DNA from: an uncultured delta proteobacterium
GTDB lineage: Bacteria > Desulfobacterota > Binatia > HRBIN30 > BPIQ01
Assembly: GCA_963761335.1 (NCBI GenBank)
Contig: CAVXGR010000016.1
Span: 288,001 to 352,000, forward strand
Reading direction: 5' to 3'
DNA: 64,000 nucleotides
Below, piece after piece: positions 21,113 to 31,458 of this stretch (the first letter of the stretch is position 1; each line of letters starts with the position of its first letter). Position numbers and translations under genes: made by a program. The notes beneath the pieces are model-generated. The model made no database searches. It was given only the letters and a program-made list of their open reading frames with translations, and was not told the origin of the DNA.

Positions 21113-22906
21113 TCACGACTCCGGCCGCACGTTGAACTCGAGCTTCCAGCGGTGACCGCGGTCTCGGCTCACACACCAGAGCTCCAGAACTCCGACCTCG
21201 CTGACGCGCGCCTGCAGGCGCACGGGAACGGTGACTCCTTCCTGTCCCTGCCACTCGAGCGTGGTCTCGAGCGGCGCCAGCTCCTCGATGTCGTCGCCCC
21301 AGCTCTCCACCAGAGTGCCGACGATATCGTCGCGCCGCGTCGCCGAGCCCAGGAAGCGGAACTCCGCGGGCTCGCCGACCACCAGTCCGAACTCCTGTGC
21401 GGGCAATTGCACCTCGCTGCCTTCCTCGAGCCCATAGGGCACGACGCAGAGGGCCTTCAGCGGTGGGCGCACGCCCGGCACCGCCGGCATCGCCGTCTCG
21501 ATGCCGATGTAGTAGGCCCGCGGGGTACCGCCGCGAATGCGCACGCCGCGCCCGCGCCGTGCCAGGCCGTAGTAGGCGGCGCCGCGCGCCACAGCGTGCT
21601 CCGGGTCGCCGCCGGCGAGGGTCCGGGCGCTCTCGGCTCCGGCGAACCAGCTGCCGAGGACCTCGATCAGGCGCTGGCGTAGAGCCGGGGCGCGCATCAC
21701 GCCGCCGTTGAAGAGCAGTGCCGTCGGTCGCGCCATCTCGCTCGCCTGTCCAGCGACCGCCTCGCCGTGGCGGCTGAGGAACTGCGCCAGATGGCGAGTC
21801 ACGCCCGGATCGGTGGCGTAGGGGAGGCCGATCTCCTGCAGTCCGGTGCGCCGCTGCGCCTGTGGCCGTTCTCCCGCTTCGCAGCGCGGAAAGAAGCCGT
21901 CGACGAGAATGTGCTCCACCTGATCGCGTTGCACCTCGGCGCGCAGCGTCCCTCCGACCACCTTGCGGCCGCGGCCGAGGATGGCGATTGGCTGTGTCGC
22001 CTGCTTGGCGTCTTGTAGCAGGCGTTCCTTGGCCTCGCGGCAGCTGAGGCTCAGGCTGCGGAACTGCCACTGGTCGAGCGCCGTGCCTTCCTTCGCCAGT
22101 TGCTCGCGCACGCTGTAGGCGAGGGTGAGATCCATGTTGTCGCCGCCGAGCAGGATGTGGTCGCCGACGGCGATGCGGTCGAGGACCAGCTCGCCACCTT
22201 CCTCGCGCACGGCGATCAGGCTGAAGTCGGTGGTGCCGCCGCCCACGTCGCAGACGAGGACGACGTCGCCGATCTTGACGGCGCGCCGCCACTCGTCGCC
22301 GTTGGCGTCGATCCAGGCATAGAAGGCCGCCTGCGGCTCTTCGAGGAGAGTCACGTGCGGCAGGCCGGCGTCGCGCGAGGCGCGCACGGTGAGGTCGCGG
22401 GCGACGGCGTCGAAGGACGCCGGCACGGTGAGGAGAACATCCTGCTCGCCGAGCGGTTGCTCGGGGAAGGCGTGATCCCAGGCGTGGCGGACGTGGGCCA
22501 GGTACGCCGAGGAGACTTCGACCGGCGACATCTTGCGCACGTCCTCCGGACTGCCCCACGGCAGGATCAGCGCGGTGCGATCGGCGCCGGCGTGCGACAG
22601 CCACGACTTCGCCGAGGCGATGACGCGCGTCGGCACCTCGGCGCCGCGTCGCTGCGCCAGGGCGCCGACCACCACGTCGGTGCGATCGCTCCATGGCAGC
22701 TGCACGGCGTCGGCGGCAAACTCGCCCTCGGCGGGGAGATAGAGAAACGACGGCAGCAGCTTTCGCGACTCGACCTGGCCCGGGTTGACCAGCTGCGGAA
22801 TCTCGAACAGGCGGACGGGATCTCCCTCGGTGGCGGTGTCGACGTAGCCGACCACGCTGTTGGTGGTGCCGAGATCGATTCCTACGATGTAGCGCGCTTC
22901 GGACAT
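21113..22906 (-). CDS. Non-canonical Hsp70 family protein
   Basis: 'GIDLGTTNS', 'TVPASFD', 'EEPQAA', 'DVGGGTTD', 'AVARGAAYYG'; paralogous to the downstream gene. Confidence 0.92.
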   Translation of the reverse strand: MSEARYIVGIDLGTTNSVVGYVDTATEGDPVRLFEIPQLVNPGQVESRKLLPSFLYLPAEGEFAADAVQLPWSDRTDVVVGALAQRRGAEVPTRVIASAKSWLSHAGADRTALILPWGSPEDVRKMSPVEVSSAYLAHVRHAWDHAFPEQPLGEQDVLLTVPASFDAVARDLTVRASRDAGLPHVTLLEEPQAAFYAWIDANGDEWRRAVKIGDVVLVCDVGGGTTDFSLIAVREEGGELVLDRIAVGDHILLGGDNMDLTLAYSVREQLAKEGTALDQWQFRSLSLSCREAKERLLQDAKQATQPIAILGRGRKVVGGTLRAEVQRDQVEHILVDGFFPRCEAGERPQAQRRTGLQEIGLPYATDPGVTRHLAQFLSRHGEAVAGQASEMARPTALLFNGGVMRAPALRQRLIEVLGSWFAGAESARTLAGGDPEHAVARGAAYYGLARRGRGVRIRGGTPRAYYIGIETAMPAVPGVRPPLKALCVVPYGLEEGSEVQLPAQEFGLVVGEPAEFRFLGSATRRDDIVGTLVESWGDDIEELAPLETTLEWQGQEGVTVPVRLQARVSEVGVLELWCVSRDRGHRWKLEFNVRPES

Positions 22907-22940
22907 GACTTTCGCTCAGAGCTCCTGTGGGCGCTCGGGC

Positions 22941-23630
22941 TCACTCGGGGATCTCCACCTCGGCGGGGGCCAAGACGCCGGGGTCGAGACCTGCGGTTGC
23001 CTCGGGGAGCTCGACGTCTGCGGCGCGCCACCCGCCGTGCTGCAGGATGCCGCGGAAGGGCGGCTTTCCGTGGACGTTTCCCGTCAGGCGCACGGTCGCG
23101 GGGTCGTACCCCTCGTCGATCTCGACCTCGCTGCCGTCCTCGGCGGCGAAGATCCGGTCGATGCTCATGTGCTCGTGCAGGGTCTTGCGGCAACCGGAAT
23201 GGATGGAGCGCACGGCGGCGCCCACCTGGGCATCGCTGTAGGGAGCGATGTCCTCTTCGAGGAAGTCGATCAGACGGCCCTCCTGCTGCAGGATGGACAG
23301 GAGGCGGAGCGCCGAGGTGTGGCGCGGCGCCGCCGGCTCCTCCGCCTCGGGGATCGCCTCGGCGGCGGGAGCCGTCGCGACCGAGCGCCGCAGTCCGGCG
23401 ACCAGGGCCAGAATCAGACCGGCGCCCAGCGGCGCCACCACGTAGTAGAGCATGAAGGGCGGGTTTCTCTCGTAAGCGGCGCGCACCGCCTCGGCGAGCG
23501 GCAGATCGGGGGCCAGGCCGGTCATGTCGCGCACGGACAGGCCGAAGACCACCGCATTCCCCGCTGCCAGCGCCACGGCGAAGAGCAAGATCAGCACGAC
23601 CAGGACCGCGCTACCGCGGGAATCCGACAT
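22941..23630 (-). CDS. DUF2760 domain membrane-anchored protein
   Basis: Two hydrophobic N-terminal segments; 'LLSILQQEGRLIDFLEEDI...DAQVGAAVR.IH.GC', 'GW...LAPAEVE'. Confidence 0.88.
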   Translation of the reverse strand: MSDSRGSAVLVVLILLFAVALAAGNAVVFGLSVRDMTGLAPDLPLAEAVRAAYERNPPFMLYYVVAPLGAGLILALVAGLRRSVATAPAAEAIPEAEEPAAPRHTSALRLLSILQQEGRLIDFLEEDIAPYSDAQVGAAVRSIHSGCRKTLHEHMSIDRIFAAEDGSEVEIDEGYDPATVRLTGNVHGKPPFRGILQHGGWRAADVELPEATAGLDPGVLAPAEVEIPE

Positions 23631-23731
23631 CAGGTGCTCCTTTCTCCACAGTCCTCCCCCGGCCTTCGCCAGGGCATCCGCTGAGTATATAGCGAAGCTT
23701 CCGGTGCGTCTCTACAGGCGGGGGGCAGCAG

Positions 23732-23987
23732 CCGGGGGCGAACCGCAGAGGCGCAGAGAGCGCAGAGAGGAAGAGAACCGCCAAGCCGCCGAGGACGCCA
23801 AGAGAAGAATCGCCGAGGGGAAAAGGGGCCAGGCCACTCCGAGAGGCAGGGATACCTGAGATCTTTCATCCACCTCCGCAGTGGCGTGGCCCCTTTCCCT
23901 CTTGGCGGTCTTTCTTGCCTTCCTTGGCGCCTTTGCGGTTTTCGTCTTCCCTCTCTGCGGCCTCTGTGTCTCTGCGGTTCGCCCCGG
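23732..23987. repeat. Long nested imperfect inverted repeat with 9-nt periodic arms
   Basis: ggggcgaaccgcagaggcgcagagagcgcagagagg... pairs with ...ctctctgcggcctctgtgtctctgcggttcgcccc; inner IR aaaggggccaggccact / agtggcgtggccccttt. Confidence 0.8.
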
Positions 23988-24037
23988 TCCGCCCCGCCGT
24001 TCTTGACTAGAGATTGCCCGAAGACGAATCTCATCTG

Positions 24038-27000
24038 GTGCAGTGTCGCGAGTGCAGTGCGGAGCTGATTGCGGGCAAGCGCTTCTGCCACTCCTGTGGG
24101 GCCGAGGTGGGATTGCGCTGCGGCGCCTGTGGCGCCGGCTTGGAGGCCAGCTATCGACACTGCCCCGATTGCGGCACCCGCGTCGACGCCGGCGCGCCGC
24201 CGCCGGGCGAAGATCGCCTGGCGCGGCTGGCCACCAACATCCCGGAGGAGCTGGCGCAGAAGATCCGCGCCAGCAGCCCCTCGATCAGCGGCGAGCGCAA
24301 GCTGGTGACCGTCCTCTTCTGCGACCTGGTCGGCTCGACGGCGATGGGCGAGCGCCTCGATCCCGAGGATTTTCACGACCTGCTCGAGAAGTATCTCGAG
24401 CTGGTGTTCCGCGAGGTGTACCGCTGCGAGGGCATTGTCACGCATCTGGCGGGAGACGGCGTCATGGCGCTCTTCGGCGCCCCCGTGGCCCACGAGAACG
24501 CCCCCTATCGGGCCGTGCGCGTCGCCCTCGCCATCCGCGAGTCCCTCGACGAGTTCAATCGCGAGGTGCGAGAGCGCCGCGGTCTGGAGCTGCAGACACG
24601 CATGGGAGTGAACACCGGCCCGGTGGTGGTGGGCACGGTCGGCAACGACCTGAAGATGGACTACACCGCCATCGGTGACACCACCAACCTGGCGGCGCGG
24701 CTGCAGTCGCTCGGCGCGCCCGGCAGCATTCTCCTCAGCGAGGCGACCTACCGGCGGGTACGTGGCTTCTTCGAGATGAAGCGCGTCGGCGAGTTCCAGG
24801 TCAAGGGCAAGGCCGAGCCGGTGACCGCCTACGAGGTGCTCGCCTCGAGCGAGGCGGCGACGCGCATGGACGTGGCTGCAGCGCGGGGGCTCACGCCGCT
24901 GGTCGGCCGCCGCGCCGAGATGCTGCAGCTGATGACCTGCTACGAGCGTCTGGCCGACGGTCTGGGTCAGGTGGTCACCGTCGTCGGCGACGCCGGCAGC
25001 GGCAAGTCGCGCCTGCTCTACGAGCTCCGCCAGCAGCTCGCCGGCGAGGAGGCGATCTTTCTCGAGGCGCGCTGCTCGGCTCTGAGCTACGCGCTCCCGG
25101 GCGCGCCGTGGCGCAGCATGCTGGCGCAGTTCTTCGAACTCGACTCGACGAGCCCCGAGCCGGAAGCGGTGCAGAGGATTGCGGACCGCGTGCGTCCCTT
25201 CGATCCCGAGCTCACGGAAATCTTTCCCTATCTGTGCCGGTTGCTGTCGGTCTCCTGCGGTTCGGTCGGCGACCTCCCGGCCGAGGAGCTGAAGCGGCAG
25301 ACGTTCGAAGCCATGGCGCATCTCGTCGGCGGCCTCAGCCATCAGGCGCCCGTGGTCGTCATCTTCGAGGATCTGCATTGGATCGACGACACCTCGCGCG
25401 AGATGCTCGACCTCGCCGCGGCCCGCCTCGGCAAGGGGAGGGTGATGCTGCTGGCGACGCACCGACCCGACCATCATCCGACCTGGCGCACGCCCGCGGC
25501 CAGCACGCAGCTGAACCTGCGGCCGCTGAGCGACGAGGAGATCACCGAGGTCATCCGCGCGCAGGCCGGGGGGCTGCTACCCGCCGAGATGGAGGGGCTG
25601 ATTCGCCTGAAGGCGGAGGGGAATCCGTTCTTCGCCGAGGAGTTCACCCGGGCTCTCGTCGAGGAGGGATATGTGGTGCGCGACGAGGGCGGCGTTCGCC
25701 TGACGTGTCCCGCAGACCAGATTCCCATTCCTGGAACGGTCGAGGAGGTGATCGGCGCACGGATCGACCGGCTCGGACCGCATGCCAAGCGGGTCGTGCA
25801 GGTCGCCTCGGTTCTCGGCCGCCAGTTCCATCGCCGCCTGCTGGCGCAGCTTCTGGCCGGCGAGGAGATCGACGTCGCGGCGCAGCTGGAGAGGCTCGAG
25901 CGCCACGGAGTGATCCACCGCAAGGCGCTGCTCTCCGGCGACGAGTTCCGCTTCGGCGAGAGCCTGACCCAGCAGGTTGCCTACGAGAGCCTGCTGATGC
26001 GCGAGCGCCGCCAGCTGCACGAGCGTGTCGGCGCTCTCCTCGAGGACGAGCCGGGCGAGCTGAACCCGGAGCGCTCGGCCCTGCTGGCGCACCACTTCGC
26101 CCGCAGCGACAACCGCGACAAGGCGGTCGCGGCGCTGCTCAGCGCCGCCGAGCACGCGGCCGACCTGCCGTCGTACCCCACCGCGGCGGAGCTCTTTCGC
26201 CAGGCGTGGCAGGCGGCCGAAGCGGCACTGCAACAGAGCGGGGGCAGCGAAGGCCTGCAGCGCCTCGCGGTGCGCGCCGCCATCGGCCTCGGGCGCATGC
26301 GTGTCATCTACAGCTTCGCTGACGACGACGAGGCCGTCCACGCCACCCGCCGGGGGCGAGAGCTGGCGGAGGCGCTCGGCGATCTCGACTCTGTCGCCGC
26401 CTGCCTCACCTTCGAGGGCATGGTCATCATGAGCGGCGACCGAGCCCGCTTCGCCGAAGGCCTCGAGCTGGTGGAGCAGGGCTTGACGGCGGCCCAGGCG
26501 GCCGGAAATCCGCTCACCGTCAACAGCATCTCTCGGGGCCTGGCGTGGAGCTATCTGTACGACGGTCACTGCCAGCAGGCGCTCAGCGTTCTCGACGGTG
26601 TCATCGAGGCTCTCGAAGCCAGCGGGCACCGCCAGGCGCTCTCCGACCTGTATCTCGGCGCTCGCTCGATGCGCGACGGGTCGCGCTACGTGGCCGACGA
26701 TCTCGAGGCGGCGCGCCGCGGCGCGCTGGACCTCTTCGAGCTGGCGCGCCAGGTGAGCAACCGCACCGTCTCCAGTCACTCCGCGGCGACTCTGGCGGCG
26801 GTTGCCTTCGCTCGCGCCGAGTACGCCGAGGCCCGCAACTGGGCCGAGCGCGCCATCGAGACCGCCGCGATCATCGGCAACATGGGAGCGGCGCGCACCG
26901 CCGCCTGCGTGCTGATGGGCGCGCGCACGGAGCTCGGTGAGCCGCTCAAGCTCGGCGTGCTGATCCCGCTGATCGAGCAGGACGGCGGCGGCGCCGGAGA

Positions 27001-27448
27001 CCTGGCCAACAAGGGTAACCTGATCGTCGACGCCCTGGCGGCGGCCGGCGAGGCGGCGCGAGCCCGGCGCCTGCTCGAAGCGGCGTACGCGCATGCCGGC
27101 GGACGCCTGCGCGAGGCGAACTGCGCCGCCGCCATCGGCCATTCTCTCCTGCGCCAGGAGCCGCCCGCCTTCTGCGAAGCGGAGAGATGGCTCGAGAAAT
27201 CGCTGGCACTGGCCCGCGAAATTGGCCATCGCTCGACGGCCGCGGTCGCCCTCCTGGGGATTGCCGAGGTCGCCGGAGCCAGCGCCGACAGGCAGCGCGT
27301 GGCGCAGGCGCTCGGAGAAGCTCTGGCCATCAGCCGCAGTCTCGGTCTGAAGCGCCTGCAGGGCCGCGTCGAGAGCTTGGCCGAGCTGCTCGGCTCCTCG
27401 GGGACGCGCTTGCCGGGTTGCTCGGATCAGCAATTGTCGGGGCCGTGA
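24038..27448 (+). CDS. Class III adenylate/guanylate cyclase with double Zn-ribbon, AAA/STAND ATPase and TPR-like region (alternative start 24014)
   Basis: Four CxxC; 'VLFCDLVGST', 'GDGVMALFG', 'GDTTNLAARL'; Walker A 'GDAGSGKS'; Walker B 'FEDLHW'; 'EGNPFF'. Confidence 0.92.
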   Translation: MQCRECSAELIAGKRFCHSCGAEVGLRCGACGAGLEASYRHCPDCGTRVDAGAPPPGEDRLARLATNIPEELAQKIRASSPSISGERKLVTVLFCDLVGSTAMGERLDPEDFHDLLEKYLELVFREVYRCEGIVTHLAGDGVMALFGAPVAHENAPYRAVRVALAIRESLDEFNREVRERRGLELQTRMGVNTGPVVVGTVGNDLKMDYTAIGDTTNLAARLQSLGAPGSILLSEATYRRVRGFFEMKRVGEFQVKGKAEPVTAYEVLASSEAATRMDVAAARGLTPLVGRRAEMLQLMTCYERLADGLGQVVTVVGDAGSGKSRLLYELRQQLAGEEAIFLEARCSALSYALPGAPWRSMLAQFFELDSTSPEPEAVQRIADRVRPFDPELTEIFPYLCRLLSVSCGSVGDLPAEELKRQTFEAMAHLVGGLSHQAPVVVIFEDLHWIDDTSREMLDLAAARLGKGRVMLLATHRPDHHPTWRTPAASTQLNLRPLSDEEITEVIRAQAGGLLPAEMEGLIRLKAEGNPFFAEEFTRALVEEGYVVRDEGGVRLTCPADQIPIPGTVEEVIGARIDRLGPHAKRVVQVASVLGRQFHRRLLAQLLAGEEIDVAAQLERLERHGVIHRKALLSGDEFRFGESLTQQVAYESLLMRERRQLHERVGALLEDEPGELNPERSALLAHHFARSDNRDKAVAALLSAAEHAADLPSYPTAAELFRQAWQAAEAALQQSGGSEGLQRLAVRAAIGLGRMRVIYSFADDDEAVHATRRGRELAEALGDLDSVAACLTFEGMVIMSGDRARFAEGLELVEQGLTAAQAAGNPLTVNSISRGLAWSYLYDGHCQQALSVLDGVIEALEASGHRQALSDLYLGARSMRDGSRYVADDLEAARRGALDLFELARQVSNRTVSSHSAATLAAVAFARAEYAEARNWAERAIETAAIIGNMGAARTAACVLMGARTELGEPLKLGVLIPLIEQDGGGAGDLANKGNLIVDALAAAGEAARARRLLEAAYAHAGGRLREANCAAAIGHSLLRQEPPAFCEAERWLEKSLALAREIGHRSTAAVALLGIAEVAGASADRQRVAQALGEALAISRSLGLKRLQGRVESLAELLGSSGTRLPGCSDQQLSGP

Positions 27449-27578
27449 GAAGGTTGGCGGGTTGTCGGGTTGGCCGGTTCCCGGGTGAGGATCGCCGAAT
27501 CCGAGCTTCGTGATGCCGCACTCGAAGACCTCCTGACCCGAGAGCTCCCAAGCCCGAAGACCCGCCGCCCGTATTCGC

Positions 27579-28805
27579 ATGGACGATTCGGAACGTATCG
27601 CCTGGCTGCGCGAGGAGGTGCGCTCCTGGGTGGAGGACGGCGTGGTGTCGCTCGAGGAAGGCAGGGCCATTCTCCAGCGCTACGGAGTCTCGCCGTCGGA
27701 CCTCGAGAGCACCGGAGCGCAGCGGCGGCTGATCGCTGTCCTCTCCGTGCTCGGAGCGGTGCTCTTCGGTGCGGGAGTCACGCTCTTCTTCGCGGCCAAC
27801 TGGCAGCGCATATCCGATCTGGCCAAGCTCGGCCTGGTGCTCGGGGCGATCATTGCCGCCTATCATGCCGGCTTCACCCTCGCCTTTGGCGGATCCCGGC
27901 GTGGACCCCGAGCCCAGCTCTACCCGAAGACGGGAATGGCTCTCATCTTCGTCGGGGCTCTCCTCTACGGTGCCGGCATCTGGCTGGTGGCGCAGATCTA
28001 CGGACTGTCGCCGCGTCTCCACGAGGGGCTTTTTCTGTGGGTGGTCGGCGTGGCTCCTCTTGCCTACACGGTGCGCTCGCAGGCGGTGGCGGCGCTAGCG
28101 GCGTTGCTTCTCTGTGTCTGGCTCGGCGCCAAGAGCGCCGACTGGTTCGGTTTCTACGAGCACGGCATGGTGCCGATCGTTCTGATGTTCGTCTGCTTCG
28201 GCGTCCTGCTCTACGGCGCCGGCAGACTTCATGCGGGCACCCGCGCCGACTTTGCCCGCCTGCCGCTGCGAACCGTCGGCTTGGTGGTGGTGTTGCTGGG
28301 GCTCTACGTCCTCAGCTTCGACCTGCTGCGTCGCGACTTTCCGTCGTCGGCGGCGCAGGTCGGTCCCGGATTGCGGATTGGCGCAATCGTCTGGGGGTTG
28401 GCGGTGCTGGCGGCGCTCGCCGACCTTCTCCGCAGCGGGGGCCGCGAGCCCCCGCGCCTGGCGGAGACCACTGGCCTGGTCGCCATCGGGGCGCTGGCGG
28501 CCCTGCCGATCGCGATGCCAATGGTGGGTGGGCCGCTGTGGATCGCGGTGATGAACGTGGCACTCTTCGCAGTCGTCGTCGGTGCCATCGCCGTCGGCTA
28601 CCGGAGCGGCGAGGCGGCGCTGGTCGATATTGCCCTTCTCGCCTTCATCGTGCATGTCGGCACCCGTTACTTCGACATCTTCTTCGATCTGCTGCCGCGT
28701 GCCCTGTTCTTCATGGGCGGCGGCGTGCTTCTCCTGGGCGGCGGTATCTACCTCGAGCGGCGGCGGCGAAGCTGGCGGCGCTCCGTCGAGGGGACGGCGG
28801 CATGA
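27579..28805 (+). CDS. DUF2157 domain membrane protein
   Basis: 'W.EDG.VS', 'FFAANWQ.I', 'LVAQIY'; about 11 hydrophobic segments. Confidence 0.85.
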   Translation: MDDSERIAWLREEVRSWVEDGVVSLEEGRAILQRYGVSPSDLESTGAQRRLIAVLSVLGAVLFGAGVTLFFAANWQRISDLAKLGLVLGAIIAAYHAGFTLAFGGSRRGPRAQLYPKTGMALIFVGALLYGAGIWLVAQIYGLSPRLHEGLFLWVVGVAPLAYTVRSQAVAALAALLLCVWLGAKSADWFGFYEHGMVPIVLMFVCFGVLLYGAGRLHAGTRADFARLPLRTVGLVVVLLGLYVLSFDLLRRDFPSSAAQVGPGLRIGAIVWGLAVLAALADLLRSGGREPPRLAETTGLVAIGALAALPIAMPMVGGPLWIAVMNVALFAVVVGAIAVGYRSGEAALVDIALLAFIVHVGTRYFDIFFDLLPRALFFMGGGVLLLGGGIYLERRRRSWRRSVEGTAA

Positions 28806-29284
28806 GGCTGCGATTCTACGCCGTCGTCGCCCTGCAGATCGCGGCGTTGCTCGGGGTAGTGGCCTCGCGCGAGTACACGCTCCATTTCGGCCGCACGGTG
28901 GTGCTGGCGACCCGCCCGCTCGATCCGCGCGACCCGGTTCGCGGCGACTTCGTGCGCCTGCGCTACGACATCTCCACGGTGAGCACCGGCGGTCGGCGAC
29001 TCTCGCCCGGCAGCCCGGTCTGGGTTCTCCTGCGCCTGCAGGGCGGCCTCTGGTCGGCCGCCGGCGTCGAGCCGCAGCCGCCGCAGACGGAGGGGCTGTG
29101 GATCCGCGGCACCGTACGCCGCGCCGATGCGGATTCTGCGGACGTCGAGTACGGCATCGAGCGCTACTATGTCGCCGAGGGCGAAGCGCGCCGTATCGAG
29201 CACCTCGGCGCGCAGCACCTGCGCGTCGAGGTCGCCGTCGATCGCTGGGGCCGCGCTGCCGTGCGGCAGTTGTTGATCGATTGA
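28802..29284 (+). CDS. GDYXXLXY domain protein
   Basis: 'PLDPRDPVRGDFVRLRYDI', 'YGIERYYV.EG'; ATGA overlap with the upstream gene. Confidence 0.87.
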   Translation: MRLRFYAVVALQIAALLGVVASREYTLHFGRTVVLATRPLDPRDPVRGDFVRLRYDISTVSTGGRRLSPGSPVWVLLRLQGGLWSAAGVEPQPPQTEGLWIRGTVRRADADSADVEYGIERYYVAEGEARRIEHLGAQHLRVEVAVDRWGRAAVRQLLID

Positions 29285-29346
29285 CCGCTGCTGGGGACGG
29301 CAACCGCTCTTTGCTTCTCCTCCGGCAGCGTTTACTCTGAGCCTCC

Positions 29347-30189
29347 ATGGAGAAGGTTGATCTGAGTCGCAGGCAATTCCTGGCGGCCAGCGCCGCCGCC
29401 GGGTTTGCGCTCGCAGTCCTTCCCGTCTCCGCCGACACCATCATCACGGGAGGCGAGGGGCTCAGCGCCGGGGACGTCGAGATCCCCACCGCCGATCGCT
29501 CGATTCCGGCCTACCGCGCCATGCCGTCGAGCGGTGGGCCCTTTGCCGTGATCCTCGTCGTGCACGAGATCTTCAGCGTCCACGAGTACATTCGCGACGT
29601 CTGCCGGCGGCTGGCGAAGCAGGGTTACCTGGCCATCGCTCCGGATCTCTACGCGCGCCAGGGCGACGTCCGCAAGCTCCCCGACGTACGCGAGATTGTC
29701 ACCAAGGTCGTGGCGCGCGTTCCCGACGCGCAGGTCATGTCGGATCTGGACGCCACGGCGGCGTGGGTGAAGAAGCAGGGCCATGGCGACGGCGGCCGCA
29801 TGGGCGTGACCGGCTTCTGCTGGGGAGGGCGGATCACCTGGCTGTACTGTGCCCACAACCCGACGCTCGATGCCGGCGTCGCCTGGTACGGACGGCTGGT
29901 GGGTGATGACTCGAGCGCCCTGCAGCCGAAGGACCCGATCGATCTGGTCGGCTCGTTGCACTGCCCCGTCCTCGGGCTCTACGGCGGCGCCGACGCCGGC
30001 ATCCCGCAGGACACCGTGGAGCGCATGCGCGCCGCCCTGAAGGCGGCCGGCAAGAAAGCCGAGATCGTCGTCTATCCGGGCGCGGCGCATGGATTTCACG
30101 CCGACTATCGCCCGAGCTACAACCGCGCCGCTGCGGAGGACGGTTGGCGGCGCCTGCTCGCGTGGTTTCGCGACCACGGTGTCGCCTGA
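29347..30189 (+). CDS. Dienelactone hydrolase family protein with Tat-like signal
   Basis: 'SRRQFL'; 'EIF'; nucleophile 'GFCWGG'; 'HGF'. Confidence 0.93.
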   Translation: MEKVDLSRRQFLAASAAAGFALAVLPVSADTIITGGEGLSAGDVEIPTADRSIPAYRAMPSSGGPFAVILVVHEIFSVHEYIRDVCRRLAKQGYLAIAPDLYARQGDVRKLPDVREIVTKVVARVPDAQVMSDLDATAAWVKKQGHGDGGRMGVTGFCWGGRITWLYCAHNPTLDAGVAWYGRLVGDDSSALQPKDPIDLVGSLHCPVLGLYGGADAGIPQDTVERMRAALKAAGKKAEIVVYPGAAHGFHADYRPSYNRAAAEDGWRRLLAWFRDHGVA

Positions 30190-31391
30190 TGCCCAGGCGT
30201 TCGCGGCTGGCCGCGGCGTCGACTGCGGCGCTGTGTCTTTCTCTGCTGCTGCCGGTGACGGCAGGCGCCGATCTGTCCTCGCAGATGCGCGAGCTGCTCG
30301 CCGACGGAGAGGTGGTCTACGCCGTGGGCGCCGATGACCGGCCGCTGCTGGACATCAATGGGGAGCGCAGCTTCATCCCCGCGTCGACGCTCAAGGTGTT
30401 CACCACTCTGCTCGCGGCGCAACACCTGGGTCTCGGCAGCCGCTTTGCCACCGAGTTCTTCCTGGAAGATGGCTTGCTGATCGTGCGCGGCAAGGGCGAC
30501 CCGTTCCTGGTGTCGGAGGAGCTGGACCTGGTCGCCGGCGAGCTGAGGGAGAAGCTCGGCAAGCGTGCCCTGAAGGGAATCCTCATCGACGATTCGTACT
30601 TCGCGCCCGGCATCTCGGTTCCCGGAGTCGGGCATTCCCTGGAGGCGTACGATGCGCTCAACTCCGCCACGGCGGTGAACTTCAATACCGTCGACCTGAA
30701 GGTGAAGCGCGGCAAGATCGTCTCGGGGGAGGCGCAGACGCCGTTGACGCCACTCGGGCGGGAGCTGGCCCGGCGCTATCACATCAAGGGTGAGCAGCGC
30801 ATCAGCCTGAGCGCCAGCCCCGCCGAGGTGCGGCGCTACGCCGCCGAGCTGCTGGCGGCGAAGCTGCGGCTCGCTGGAGTCCGCGTCGGACCGCGCACCG
30901 GCGAGGCGAAGGCGCCGGGGGGGCCGCCGTTCTACGTGCACGAGAACACGCGCACCCTCCGGGACGTCTGCCGGCTGATGCTCTACCACTCCAACAACTA
31001 CGTCGCCAATCAGGTCTTCCTCGCCGTCGGCGCCGCCGCCGCCGGTCCGCCGGCGACGCTGGCGAAGAGCGTCGCTGTGGCCAACCGCTTCATCGCGGCG
31101 CACCCCGGCCTGCGCGGCATGGTGGTGACCGAGGGGGCGGGTCTGTCGTACGAGAACCGCGTCACTCCGCCGGAGATGACGGCGCTGTTGTCGCTCTTCG
31201 CGCCGTACAAGGACCTGCTGCGGCAGAAGTACGACACGCCGAGCAAGACCGGATCTCTGGCCGTCGTTCACACGCTGATCGGCTATCTCGACACCGCCCG
31301 CCACGGCACCGTCCGCTTCGTGGTGCGCCTCGACGGCAACCGCCCCGATTACCGGCCGCAGATCGTCGGCCTGCTGCGGCGCGAGCTGTGA
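30189..31391 (+). CDS. dacB: D-Ala-D-Ala carboxypeptidase/endopeptidase (peptidase S13, PBP4)
   Basis: Signal peptide; SxxK 'PASTLK', 'GDPFL', SxN 'SNN', 'KTGSL'. Confidence 0.88.
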   Translation: MPRRSRLAAASTAALCLSLLLPVTAGADLSSQMRELLADGEVVYAVGADDRPLLDINGERSFIPASTLKVFTTLLAAQHLGLGSRFATEFFLEDGLLIVRGKGDPFLVSEELDLVAGELREKLGKRALKGILIDDSYFAPGISVPGVGHSLEAYDALNSATAVNFNTVDLKVKRGKIVSGEAQTPLTPLGRELARRYHIKGEQRISLSASPAEVRRYAAELLAAKLRLAGVRVGPRTGEAKAPGGPPFYVHENTRTLRDVCRLMLYHSNNYVANQVFLAVGAAAAGPPATLAKSVAVANRFIAAHPGLRGMVVTEGAGLSYENRVTPPEMTALLSLFAPYKDLLRQKYDTPSKTGSLAVVHTLIGYLDTARHGTVRFVVRLDGNRPDYRPQIVGLLRREL

Positions 31392-31458
31392 GCGAACCCT
31401 CCCGGTTGTCGGCGTAGGGCAACCGGTGTAGCGATGCGGGGCACAGGAGGGAGAACGC

